A stretch of 64,000 nt of DNA. It comes from an uncultured virus (IMG/VR IMGVR_UViG_3300037458_000449) (taxonomy: Duplodnaviria > Heunggongvirae > Uroviricota > Caudoviricetes). Shown here one piece after another: positions 55,612 through 64,000 of this stretch (the first letter of the stretch is position 1; the number at the start of each line of letters is the position of its first letter). The notes under the pieces were generated by a model, which did not search any database, was not told the DNA's origin, and saw nothing but the letters and a program-made list of their open reading frames with translations. Position numbers and translations under genes: made by a program. The stretch is from the IMG/VR virus record IMGVR_UViG_3300037458_000449, one strand, 5' to 3'.

Positions 55612-56534
55612 AGCGCGGCAGCCTGCGCGGGATCTTCGTCACGCAGGACGACCCAGCGTTCCTCGAGGCAGCGGTTGATCCCGAGCGCGTCATCCTCGAT
55701 CTGAATGGGCAGAACGTCAGCGAGTTGCGCGAGGCGTTCCTCGCGAAACAGGCCGCGTACAGCACGACGCCATTCGATCCCGAGGGGCGCCGGCTGCGCC
55801 TGTTCCCCGGCGGCTTCACGATCTGGTCGGGCTTCCCTGGCAGCGGCAAGACGACGCTGTTGCGGCAGCTGACTTGCCACTTGCTGCAGTCCGGCGGCGT
55901 GTTCTTCGCCTCGCTCGAGGAGGACCCGCGCGATTTGCTGGTGCGTGTCGCCGGGGTGGCCGCCGGCCGGGAAATGCCGTCGGACGATGAGCTCGACTGG
56001 TTCCTGTTCCAGCACGGCGAGCGGCTGAAACTGTGGGGAGTCATCGGGCTCGCGCGGTATCAGGAAATCCTCGCGACGGTGCGTGTACTGGCGCGGCAAG
56101 GAATCCGCCACGCGATCATCGACAGCCTCATGTGCCTCGACGTGAACAGCACGGATTGGGAGGCGCAGCGGCAGTTTGCGACGGCCCTTTCGGCGACCGC
56201 GCGCCTCTCCGGCGCCCACATCCACCTTGTCGCCCATCCGCGGAAGCTCGTCTCGGCCGATCAGGCGCCGGACATCAACGACGTCGCCGGCAGCGCCGAC
56301 CTTGGGCGACTGGCCGACAACGTGATTTTCATTCGCCGATCAAACACCGAGGCCGGCATCGGCGGCGACGCTACGCCCATGTCCATCGCAATCCGCAAGC
56401 AGCGCCACGGCACCGGCGCGACGGGCGACGTTGCCGGCTGGTTCCATCGGCATTTTCGTCAGTTCCACGTCGATCAATTCGCGCAGGAGCCCATCCGCTA
56501 CCTGCGCCCCGAGGCCTACGCGAGGCACGCATGA
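55599..56534 (+). CDS. DnaB/T7 gp4-like SF4 helicase (helicase domain only)
   Basis: GFPGSGKTT, SLEE, IIDSL, HLVAHPRK, GS..L..LADNV, KQRHG. Confidence 0.85.
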   Translation: MEQLKRGSLRGIFVTQDDPAFLEAAVDPERVILDLNGQNVSELREAFLAKQAAYSTTPFDPEGRRLRLFPGGFTIWSGFPGSGKTTLLRQLTCHLLQSGGVFFASLEEDPRDLLVRVAGVAAGREMPSDDELDWFLFQHGERLKLWGVIGLARYQEILATVRVLARQGIRHAIIDSLMCLDVNSTDWEAQRQFATALSATARLSGAHIHLVAHPRKLVSADQAPDINDVAGSADLGRLADNVIFIRRSNTEAGIGGDATPMSIAIRKQRHGTGATGDVAGWFHRHFRQFHVDQFAQEPIRYLRPEAYARHA

Positions 56535-56631
56535 CCCGAGCAAGTACATGGTTCGCCGTCGGCACGGTCGCCCTCATGGCGCTCGTCGCATGGATCATCT
56601 GGTCGCTGCGGCCGGAAACGTGGGTCGCCCC

Positions 56632-56952
56632 ATGAACACCACGCAGGAACATTCCGAGCGCGTCGTCGCCATGCTGACGCTGCAATCCGTCATCGACGGC
56701 CGCGACGTAACGGCCGCCGTCGAGATCCTGGCCTGCGGCTGCCTCAAGGCCGGCGCGTTCATGGCCGAGGACGACAGCGGCGAGCTCGCCATGGTGCCAG
56801 TCAGCGAGCGCAGCAACGCCATGCTGCAACTCGGGCTCCAAGCGATCGCCGCCGCACGCGCCGCCTACTCCCGCCGAATCCATCCGGCCGAAGATGCATT
56901 TCTCGCCGAGGTCCGCGCTGCCGCGCAGGCCGCGACTACGGGAGCGCATTGA
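56632..56952 (+). CDS. Hypothetical protein
   Basis: Coupled ORF. Confidence 0.55.
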   Translation: MNTTQEHSERVVAMLTLQSVIDGRDVTAAVEILACGCLKAGAFMAEDDSGELAMVPVSERSNAMLQLGLQAIAAARAAYSRRIHPAEDAFLAEVRAAAQAATTGAH

Positions 56953-57227
56953 TGGCAACACCAGCAGAAGACTTGCCGCCCCCCGAGATCATCGACGCCA
57001 CGCCCCTCGGCTGGCGCTTCCACTCCACCGAACGCTACGCGCTGGTCAGCATCCCCGAAGGCTTCACGGTCACTCGCGTAACGATCCCCGTGGCCGGCAA
57101 GCCGACCCCCATGTACGAGGCCTGGGACGTTCGCGAGAAGCCCGCGCGCCGCCTCGGCATGTTCCCGTGGCAAGACCAAGCCAAAGCCTGCGCCGCCACC
57201 GAATTCGCGAAGGACACCAACCCATGA
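56952..57227 (+). CDS. Hypothetical protein
   Basis: GGAG RBS; TGATG coupling. Confidence 0.6.
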   Translation: MATPAEDLPPPEIIDATPLGWRFHSTERYALVSIPEGFTVTRVTIPVAGKPTPMYEAWDVREKPARRLGMFPWQDQAKACAATEFAKDTNP

Positions 57228-57484
57228 CACGACCCCGCAAACAGATGGGCCGCCCGAGCCGCCTGACCGCCGTTGAGATCGAGCGCGTGCGCCAGGTCTA
57301 CGCCGCATGGATGGCAATTCGCCAAGAGCGCCTGCGCCTCGGCGCCGAGCTCGGCCTGCGGCACAGCGAGTTCACCGACTACGGCCGCGGCACGCGCGGC
57401 AAGAAGCCGCGCCCTATGTCTGCCACGGCGATCGACCGGACGACGTTCGACTGGATTTCCACCACCCCGAGGACCCCGGAATGA
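57224..57484 (+). CDS. Putative HTH DNA-binding protein
   Basis: GRPSRLT..EIERVR...LGAELGL. Confidence 0.55.
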   Translation: MTRPRKQMGRPSRLTAVEIERVRQVYAAWMAIRQERLRLGAELGLRHSEFTDYGRGTRGKKPRPMSATAIDRTTFDWISTTPRTPE

Positions 57485-57765
57485 GCAACTGTCCACGCTG
57501 CGGCGCCGCCAAGCATCGAGGCCGCTGCAAGAAGGCGGCCCCTGCCGTTGCTGTGGCGCCGCCCGTCATCACCCTGGCCCCAGTCGCCCTCGAGGTCCCG
57601 AGCGGCCTCGGGTTCCGCGCCTCGCTCGAGGACGGCCAGCTGCACATCGAGCAGGACCACCCCGACACCGACGGCACGATCTACACGCACAACCTCGTCC
57701 TCGCGCCGCATGAGGCCGCGCGGCTCGTTGACTGGATCGCCGACCAGGTCGGGACGCGAGCCTGA
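57481..57765 (+). CDS. Hypothetical protein
   Basis: GAGGA RBS; CPRC. Confidence 0.6.
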   Translation: MSNCPRCGAAKHRGRCKKAAPAVAVAPPVITLAPVALEVPSGLGFRASLEDGQLHIEQDHPDTDGTIYTHNLVLAPHEAARLVDWIADQVGTRA

Positions 57766-57768
57766 GCC

Positions 57769-58200
57769 ATGCGGCCCCTTCGACTGACCGGCATCGAGGC
57801 CAGCCGAACCACGCGCCGCAAGCCGGTCGATCTCGCGTCGAAGCTCGCCGAGCAACTGACCCTCGCCGGCTGGCGCACCTTCGTCCGTGAGTACCACTTC
57901 CACCCCGCTCGCCGCTGGCGGCTCGACATCGCGTTCCCCGACGTCAAGCTCGGCGTCGAGTGCGAAGGTGTCGGGCCCAAGGGCAAGCCCGGCCGCCACC
58001 AGCTGACCCAGCACCTACACGCGAACACCGAGAAGCACTCGGCCATCGCCGTCGCCGGCTGGCGCCTGATCCGCGTCACCGGCCGGCAGATCCAGTCCGG
58101 CCATGCCCTGCGCTGGGTCGAGGCTGCCCTGTCCGGCGAAATCGGCTACGTCTTCGATACGCCCGGCAACTGGGCCTCGCCCCGGAGGCGTCGTGCCTGA
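57769..58200 (+). CDS. DUF559/Vsr-like PD-(D/E)XK endonuclease
   Basis: EYHFHPARRWRLDIAFPDVKLGVECEG...GWRLIRVT. Confidence 0.8.
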   Translation: MRPLRLTGIEASRTTRRKPVDLASKLAEQLTLAGWRTFVREYHFHPARRWRLDIAFPDVKLGVECEGVGPKGKPGRHQLTQHLHANTEKHSAIAVAGWRLIRVTGRQIQSGHALRWVEAALSGEIGYVFDTPGNWASPRRRRA

Positions 58201-58513
58201 GCAGATCCAAGTCGCCCGCTTCCTCGTCGTGTTCACCAGCTACACCCAGCCCGGCGAATGGATCACCGCATCCCGCCTCGCGCAACGCATCCTGCCCATG
58301 GCCTCGAGCGAGTTCGCGAAGGAGGTCAGCCGCAAGCTGTCGAACCTCAACCGCTTCGGCCACCTCGAGCGCCGCCTGGCCCGCGATCGCCGCGAGCATG
58401 AATACGCCCGCCAGCCCGATCGCCCCGTCGTCCTGCCGGTCGAGCTCGCCTCGATGTTCCACTTCGGCGCCTACGCCGGCCTCGAAAGGCGCAAAGAGCC
58501 TATTGACCTTTAG
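58193..58513 (+). CDS. Putative winged-helix protein (candidate late-gene regulator)
   Basis: TASRLAQ...VSRKLSNLNRFGHLER; last gene of the rightward early operon; role inferred from position. Confidence 0.5.
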   Translation: MPEQIQVARFLVVFTSYTQPGEWITASRLAQRILPMASSEFAKEVSRKLSNLNRFGHLERRLARDRREHEYARQPDRPVVLPVELASMFHFGAYAGLERRKEPIDL

Positions 58514-58533
58514 GTAATGACCCGGTCTATAAT
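58503..58533 (+). promoter_or_regulatory. Sigma70-type promoter with long spacer
   Basis: TTGACC-N19-TATAAT upstream of the radC-like operon. Confidence 0.65.
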
Positions 58534-58589
58534 GAGCCACCCCGCCGGTAGTCGGCGAGGGACCAACCCAGCCAAGAGCGAGGGATCAC

Positions 58590-59087
58590 ATGACCACCAG
58601 CAACACCACAATTCCGATGTTCGTCCGCGAAGCCGGCCGGCGCTACCGCCCGGCAACCCGAGACGAAATCCTCGTCGCGGCCGGCAGCTTCATGTACCGG
58701 CAGATGCTCGGCGAGACGCTGCGCAGCCCCGACCACACCAGCAAGTACCTGACGAGCTACCTCGGCAAGCTCGACTACGAAGTGTTCGGCGTCATCCTGC
58801 TCGATAACCGGCACCGCATCATCCACGTCGAGGAACTGTTCCGCGGCACGATCGACGGCGCCAGCGTCCACCCGCGCGAGGTCGTGCGGTTGATGATCCT
58901 GCATAACGCCGCAGCCATCGTCCTGTTCCACAACCACCCGAGCGGCAACCCCGAGCCCTCGCAGGCCGACGAGCTCATCACCCACCGCATCCGCGATGCC
59001 GTCGGCCTCATCGACGCGCGCCTGCTCGATCACTTCATCGCCGCCGCTGACCGGACCGTGAGCTTCGCGGCAAGGGGTCTGCTGTGA
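58590..59087 (+). CDS. RadC-like JAB-domain protein
   Basis: ELFRGTIDGASVHPREVV, HNHPSGNPEPSQAD, LLDHFI. Confidence 0.92.
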   Translation: MTTSNTTIPMFVREAGRRYRPATRDEILVAAGSFMYRQMLGETLRSPDHTSKYLTSYLGKLDYEVFGVILLDNRHRIIHVEELFRGTIDGASVHPREVVRLMILHNAAAIVLFHNHPSGNPEPSQADELITHRIRDAVGLIDARLLDHFIAAADRTVSFAARGLL

Positions 59088-60533
59088 AAACCGCCAAGCT
59101 CAAGTGCGGCTGCCAGTTCACCCTCGGCGACGTCGAACGCTGGACCGAACTCTGCCCGCCCCACAAGGCCGAGGCCGACGCGATCCACGCCCGATGGGAT
59201 GCCGAGCGCCGCGCCACCCCGCCCCTGCCCCCGCGGCAGGAACTCCCCGCCCGCAACGTCATCCGCATCGGGAGGACGCCATGACCCGCCTCGAACTCAA
59301 AGCCATCATGGCCGCCATCGTCGCCAGCGGATACCGAGCCGCCGAGACTTTCGACCCCGAGGAACGCGACTCACTCGGCTCCCGCGAACTCGCCCGCCTC
59401 GCCGTCCAAGACTCCGAGCGAGTCCTGCTGCTGGTCGAGGAACGCTCCACCGCAGACGACAACCAGCCCCTCGTCTACCTCGCGCCGGAGACACAGCCAT
59501 GACCGCCACCCACACCCCCGGCCCGTGGAGCGTCGTGCGGCAGGGCCGAGTCTTCCACGTCAACGCCGCTCGCCCGTTCGATGAGGCCGAAGTCGAGGCA
59601 GACGCCCGCCTCATCGGCGCCAGCCCCCTGCTCCTTGCCGCCCTCGAGCGGGCCTTCGAGTTCCTGTCCACCAACTTCGATGACACCGACATGGCCGACA
59701 TCCTCGGGCCCTGCAGGGAGGCGTTGGAGGCGGCCCGTGGCGAAGTAAACGCTACGCGCGCGCGGGAGCCCTCGCGCTGGCTGTGCCCGAAGTGCCTGAG
59801 TGATCGGGTGCAGATTGGGCTGCCGGCGTGGTTCACGGAGTCCGCTGACCTCAATCTGCGCTACGTCGAGGTCGATGCCGAGGCGGAAATCATGTGGTGG
59901 AACTGCCTCGACTGCGATGAAACGGACGGCGGCCGGCCCACCGAGGCGCAGCCGTGAACCGCCACGACCCCTACAGCCTCGACGCCCGCGATCGCCTGCT
60001 GCTGTGCCGCTCCCGCGTGATGCGGGTTGCCAGCGAGGCGCGGGTCGGGCAGCGCGAGGCCCGTACCGACGACGCGCGCGAAGTGTGGGCCGCCTTGGAA
60101 CAGCTGGCGGCCTCGATCGAAACCCTGACCAGCATCGAACTCAGGAGGGAGCGATGAGATACCGCGACCACATGACGCCCGAGGAAGAACGCGCCCTGCT
60201 GGCCGACCTCGAGCATATCGAGGCCTGCTACGCCAGCCAGCCCGAACCCGAGCCGCCGCCCGAGGATTGGGAGGACGAGGACGACACCCTGCGGCGGGCT
60301 GCGCTAAACTGCGGTCAGCCATGAGCATCGTCGTAGAGATCGTGGGCCTCGATGAGAGCCTGGCGCGCGTTCGCGTAATCTCCCTCGACAAGCAGATCGA
60401 GGTGGCAATCAGCGCCAGCGATCCATCTTTCGACGCCCTGCGGCGCATCGTTCGGCAGGCCAGCTACGAGATTGGCCGGGCGATCGCCGATGACCAGTTA
60501 CGGGCCTTTGCCGCGCAGACCCGCCAGCCATGA
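59084..60533 (+). other. Run of six coupled small hypothetical ORFs (59084-59284, 59281-59502, 59499-59957, 59954-60157, 60154-60324, 60321-60533)
   Basis: Consecutive ATGA/GTGA overlaps, several with GGAG RBS; HTPGPW...ADARLIGASP motif in 59499. Confidence 0.6.
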
Positions 60534-60715
60534 CCGACGCCGACAAGCTCCGCGACCAACTGGCCCGCCTGGGAATCTCCCAGCGCGGGCTGGCGCGCGA
60601 GCTCGACCTCGATGAGCGGACGGTTCGCCGGTATTGCGCCGGCGAACTGCCCGTGCCGAGGGTCGTCTGGCTTTCGCTCGAGGCGCTGGCCTCGCGATCG
60701 CCGAAACCCCGCTGA
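60530..60715 (+). CDS. Small XRE-like HTH protein
   Basis: LGISQRGLARELDLDERTVRRYCAGELPVP. Confidence 0.8.
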   Translation: MTDADKLRDQLARLGISQRGLARELDLDERTVRRYCAGELPVPRVVWLSLEALASRSPKPR

Positions 60716-60770
60716 CCTAGCTCGTCCCCGCGGCCGATCGCCGCGCCTGCGCCTTCCTGGGCGCTCCGAC

Positions 60771-60800
60771 CGCTCCAACCGATCCGCGCCCCGCTACCGT
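60771..60800 (+). promoter_or_regulatory. Putative late promoter CGCTCCAAC-N15-TACCGT
   Basis: Intergenic, upstream of the lysis/packaging operon; preceded by near-copy CGCTCCGAC. Confidence 0.72.
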
Positions 60801-60844
60801 TCCCGCTAACAGCGTGGCTCCCGGTTGCGGAGGGGTGTTAGCGG

Positions 60845-61297
60845 ATGTTCTGGCGCGAATTAATGCTTGCCGCCGTCGGCGATGCCACGGTCGAAGAAAA
60901 AGCAAGGCTCGCCCGCATTGCGTTTCGCATCGTGGTCGCCGTCCACATCGTTTGGGTCTGCGGCTGGCTCGCCCCGCTCGGCCTGTCCGGCGCCGTCTTC
61001 GCCAAGGACATCGACCCGATGGTGCAGGCCGCCGTCGAACCCGTGCGCAGCGAACTCGGCAAGGTCGCCAAGCGCGTCGAAAGCGTCGAGGAAAAGCTCG
61101 ACTACACCAACGAGCTCGTCGTCGAAGTCCTGATCGGCAACCTGGCAAACCAGCTGCGCGACCTCAACCGGCTGCGCTGCTCGACCAATGACGAGCATGG
61201 ACACATGCGCTTGGAGCGCGACATCGAGGACGGCCAGCAAAAGTACAAGGAACTGACCGGCGAGCGGTACCCATTGGCCGCCTGCAAGGACTTGTAG
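60845..61297 (+). CDS. Membrane-anchored coiled-coil protein heading the lysis cassette
   Basis: GGAGG RBS; one TM segment. Confidence 0.65.
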   Translation: MFWRELMLAAVGDATVEEKARLARIAFRIVVAVHIVWVCGWLAPLGLSGAVFAKDIDPMVQAAVEPVRSELGKVAKRVESVEEKLDYTNELVVEVLIGNLANQLRDLNRLRCSTNDEHGHMRLERDIEDGQQKYKELTGERYPLAACKDL

Positions 61298-61299
61298 CC

Positions 61300-61767
61300 A
61301 TGACCCCCGCCGTTCAGGTCCGCGCCCGCGCCAGCATCATGAAGCACGAAGGCCTCATGCTGGCCGCCTACGACGACGCCACCGGCCGCGTCGTCCAGCC
61401 CGGCCACATGGTCAAGGGCTGGATCACCGTCGGCTACGGCCGCAACCTGATCGGCCGCGGCATCACCCTGCCCGAGGCCGAATACCTGCTCGCCAACGAT
61501 CTCTCTGAGGTCGAGGCCGAACTCAATCGCCGCCTGCCCGAGTGGCGCCGCTGGGCCGAGCCCCGCCAATGGGCGATCTTCGAGCTTGGATTCAACCTGG
61601 GCGTCGCCCGTTTCATCGCCGAATGGCCCACGACGGTCGCGCACCTTCGCGCCGGCCGCTTCGATCGGGTCGCCGGCATCCTCTCCGGGTCCAAGTGGCG
61701 CAGCCAGGTCGGCGACAGCCGGGCCCTGCCGATCATCCGAGCCTTCCATCGAGGGGTGTGGACATGA
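61300..61767 (+). CDS. Endolysin, T4-lysozyme-like (GH24)
   Basis: KHEGL...YDD...ITVGYGRNL...FNLG...SKW.SQVG. Confidence 0.85.
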   Translation: MTPAVQVRARASIMKHEGLMLAAYDDATGRVVQPGHMVKGWITVGYGRNLIGRGITLPEAEYLLANDLSEVEAELNRRLPEWRRWAEPRQWAIFELGFNLGVARFIAEWPTTVAHLRAGRFDRVAGILSGSKWRSQVGDSRALPIIRAFHRGVWT

Positions 61768-61976
61768 ATCCGACCGTCAAAGGTGCCGTCCGCTCGAAAA
61801 CCATCTGGCTCAACGTCGCCCTCGCCACCTTGGGCGGCCTCGAGCTCATGGGGTCGCAGATCACGACGCTGCTCGGCCCCGAATGGGCTGCCGCCCTCGT
61901 CATGCTCGGCGCCCTCGTCAACATCGCGCTGCGCGTCTACACAACGCAGGCCCTCGCGGAGAAGGCCGATGGTTGA
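61764..61976 (+). CDS. Putative holin
   Basis: SKTIWLN, two TM segments, LRVYTTQ. Confidence 0.7.
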   Translation: MNPTVKGAVRSKTIWLNVALATLGGLELMGSQITTLLGPEWAAALVMLGALVNIALRVYTTQALAEKADG

Positions 61977-62160
61977 GCGCGCCCACATGCTGCTCAGCGA
62001 CCACTTGCTCGATGCCCTGGCGTCGATCAACCGGGCCCGTGAGGCCTCGCGCTCCGAGACGCTGCAGCGACGGGAAACCGTCGCGTTTGAACTTGCCAGC
62101 GCCGAGACGTCCATCGGCCGCGTCATCCACCTGATCGCTCACGATCCACCGTCGCCATGA
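61969..62160 (+). CDS. Hypothetical protein
   Basis: Coupled ORF. Confidence 0.45.
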   Translation: MVERAHMLLSDHLLDALASINRAREASRSETLQRRETVAFELASAETSIGRVIHLIAHDPPSP

Positions 62161-62663
62161 GTCCAACCGTCATCAAGCTGATTGGATGGGGCCTGATCGT
62201 CGCCGGCGTGGCGCTGATGGGCAACCGTGTCACCACCTGGCGCGCGTCCCATGAGGCGTTGCCGGGCGTCGAGCAAGCCTTGGCCCGCGAGGAATCCTGC
62301 GAGGACGGGTCCAAGTGCTTCGATCGCGTCAACGCGCTGAAAGCCAAGCAGGCCGAGGCATCGAGGGAGGCAGTAGCGGGCTATGAACTGGAAATTGAGG
62401 CTCTACGCAATCGTCCTGAGCGCGTTCGCACTATCCGGCTGTGTCCCGAGGACGCTGACCGTGACGTGCGTGATGCCGCCGTTGCCGGCCGAACTGGACC
62501 GGGATCCGCCGCCGCCGGGATGGTTCACCCAGGAACTCGACCGGATATTGGACCGGGGCTCTACGCCCTCACCGGGATCGCCGACGAACTGAGCGCGCAA
62601 TGCCGGGCGATCATCCAGCGTGACCGCGCCCTGTCGGCCTTGCCGATCGAGGCCTCGCCGTGA
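62157..62663 (+). CDS. Rz-like inner-membrane spanin
   Basis: N-terminal TM, coiled coil, Cys residues, embedded lipoprotein gene. Confidence 0.75.
   Translation: MSPTVIKLIGWGLIVAGVALMGNRVTTWRASHEALPGVEQALAREESCEDGSKCFDRVNALKAKQAEASREAVAGYELEIEALRNRPERVRTIRLCPEDADRDVRDAAVAGRTGPGSAAAGMVHPGTRPDIGPGLYALTGIADELSAQCRAIIQRDRALSALPIEASP
62383..62592 (+). CDS. Rz1-like outer-membrane lipoprotein spanin (embedded)
   Basis: GGAGG RBS; lipobox LSGC; Pro-rich. Confidence 0.8.
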   Translation: MNWKLRLYAIVLSAFALSGCVPRTLTVTCVMPPLPAELDRDPPPPGWFTQELDRILDRGSTPSPGSPTN

Positions 62664-63205
62664 CCAAGGCGAAGGGCAAGACGCCCCGCAAACGCCGCCA
62701 GAAATTGCTGATCGAGGGGACCGTCGCTGACCAGGTGCCCAAGGACACCGCCACCCCGCTCGACGCCGCGGCCTTCGATGCTCTCTGCGCCCACATCGCC
62801 GAGGGCAACAGCCTGCGGGCATGGGCTCGCGAGGCAAATCGGCCAGTCGCCACGGTCGCCAAGTGGATCCTCTCGAACGAGGATCGCACCAAGCTCTACC
62901 GCGAGGCCCGCAAGATGCAGGCCGACGCGCACATTGACGACATCATCGAGCTTTCCGACAGCCCGGTGCCGGTGGACGACCAGGGCCGCACCGACTCGGC
63001 GGCCGTCAACCAGCTGCGGCTGCGCGTGGACACCCGCAAGTGGATCGCGTCGAAGTACCACCCGGCCATGTACGGCGAAAAGGTGGACGTCAACGCGACG
63101 TTCCGCGGCGCCGACCAGAAACCCGACGAGATCCTGGCGCGGATTACCGCGCTGCTCGCCGCTCACGGGCTGCGGATCGCACCAGCTGACCCGACCGAGC
63201 CGTGA
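62660..63205 (+). CDS. terS: Terminase small subunit
   Basis: LCAHIAEGNSLR, YREAR..QAD, RLRVDTRKWIASK..P..YGEK (Sf6 gp1-like). Confidence 0.88.
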   Translation: MTKAKGKTPRKRRQKLLIEGTVADQVPKDTATPLDAAAFDALCAHIAEGNSLRAWAREANRPVATVAKWILSNEDRTKLYREARKMQADAHIDDIIELSDSPVPVDDQGRTDSAAVNQLRLRVDTRKWIASKYHPAMYGEKVDVNATFRGADQKPDEILARITALLAAHGLRIAPADPTEP

Positions 63206-63981
63206 GCCTCGATCTCTCCGCGGTCGTGAGCCAGTTGCCCGCCGAGGCACAGGCCGAACTCGCCAAGCTGGCCGCGGCCCTCGAGGACTCGGTACGCGCC
63301 AACCGCATCCTGCAGTTCTACCCCGACACCGGGCCGCTGCGCCGCGAGCTCTACCCGAAGCACTTGGAGTTCTTTCGGGCCGGCGCGACCTACCGCGAGC
63401 GGTGCTTCATGGCCGCGAACCGCATCGGCAAGTCCGAGGGCGCCGGCGGCTATGAGTCGTCCCTGCACCTGACCGGCGAATACCCCGATTGGTGGGAGGG
63501 CCGCCGCTTCCCGATGGCGACGCAGGGCTATGCGTGCGGCAAGACCAACGAGACGACCCGCGACATCGTGCAGACCAAGCTGTTCGGCAAGGTCCGCAGC
63601 GAGGGGCAGCGCAAGGTCTTCACCGGCACCGGGCTCGTCCCGGCCAGGCTGATCGGCGACGTCACATGGAAGCAGGGTGTCGCGGATCTCGCCGACACCG
63701 TCCGCGTCCGGCACCGCACCGGGCAATGGTCCGAGGTCAATCTCAAGTCCTACGCGCAGGGCCGCGGCTCGTTTGAGGGCACCGAGCGCGATTGGATCTG
63801 GCTCGATGAGGAACCGCCCGTCGATATTTACGGCGAGTGCCTGATCCGCACCGCGACCACCCAGGGGATCGTCTACATCACGTTCACCCCGCTCGAGGGG
63901 GCTACCGAGGTCGTGCAGTCGTTCATGCCGGCCAAGATGCTCAACGAGATCATGGAATCGTTCCGCAATGCCCGAAATTAA
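63202..63981 (+). CDS. terL: Terminase large subunit N-terminal ATPase gene (3' end here is the HNH-free allele)
   Basis: AANRIGKS Walker A, WLDEEPP Walker B, TFTP motif. Confidence 0.9.
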   Translation: MSLDLSAVVSQLPAEAQAELAKLAAALEDSVRANRILQFYPDTGPLRRELYPKHLEFFRAGATYRERCFMAANRIGKSEGAGGYESSLHLTGEYPDWWEGRRFPMATQGYACGKTNETTRDIVQTKLFGKVRSEGQRKVFTGTGLVPARLIGDVTWKQGVADLADTVRVRHRTGQWSEVNLKSYAQGRGSFEGTERDWIWLDEEPPVDIYGECLIRTATTQGIVYITFTPLEGATEVVQSFMPAKMLNEIMESFRNARN

Positions 63982-64000
63982 CCCGTCCAAGTACCTCGTC
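63968..64000 (+). CDS. terL: Start of terL C-terminal gene, HNH-free allele (partial)
   Basis: Reads MPEINPSKYLV, identical in protein to 691..723. Confidence 0.85.
   Translation, partial: MPEINPSKYLV

Noticed and set aside
62383..62592. Embedded gene in the spanin as a novelty
   Set aside because: Rz1 embedded in Rz is well established.
1..64000. tRNA, rRNA or large ncRNA genes
   Set aside because: None recognised and intergenic gaps are very short; a tRNAscan-SE/Infernal run would be needed to exclude them formally.

Overview
The window is essentially one complete, circularly permuted ~63.8 kb high-GC podophage-like genome. Its gene set resembles the Bcep22/BcepIL02-like Burkholderia phages; the host cannot be determined from sequence. 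Gene order on the + strand: split P22-type terminase, portal, a 9 kb block of accessory virion/glycan-binding genes, scaffold, CsrA-like protein, N4-gp56-type major capsid protein, adaptor/tail/fibre genes, GNAT and internal-virion genes, and a 4908-aa DarB-like polyvalent protein. A leftward early arm follows (xis-like gene, shuffled small ORFs, YqaJ exonuclease, ERF, CI), then a rightward arm (cro, replication initiator, helicase, RadC operon, lysis cassette, terS, terL). Main observations: (1) Two complete genes, one an HNH homing endonuclease, are overprinted in the +1 frame inside the unbroken giant ORF. (2) The two window ends capture an HNH-containing and an HNH-free allele of terL; the flank is synonymously recoded and terL is split in both alleles. 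(3) A six-copy GCTCCAAC-N15-(T)AnnnT motif precedes the late operons. (4) There are about nine homing-endonuclease domains, including a class-3 intein. (5) The integrase appears reduced to a few codons and the CI autoprotease has lost its catalytic residues. (6) The early small genes are built from shuffled DNA modules. All family assignments come from motif recognition by eye; no database search was run.
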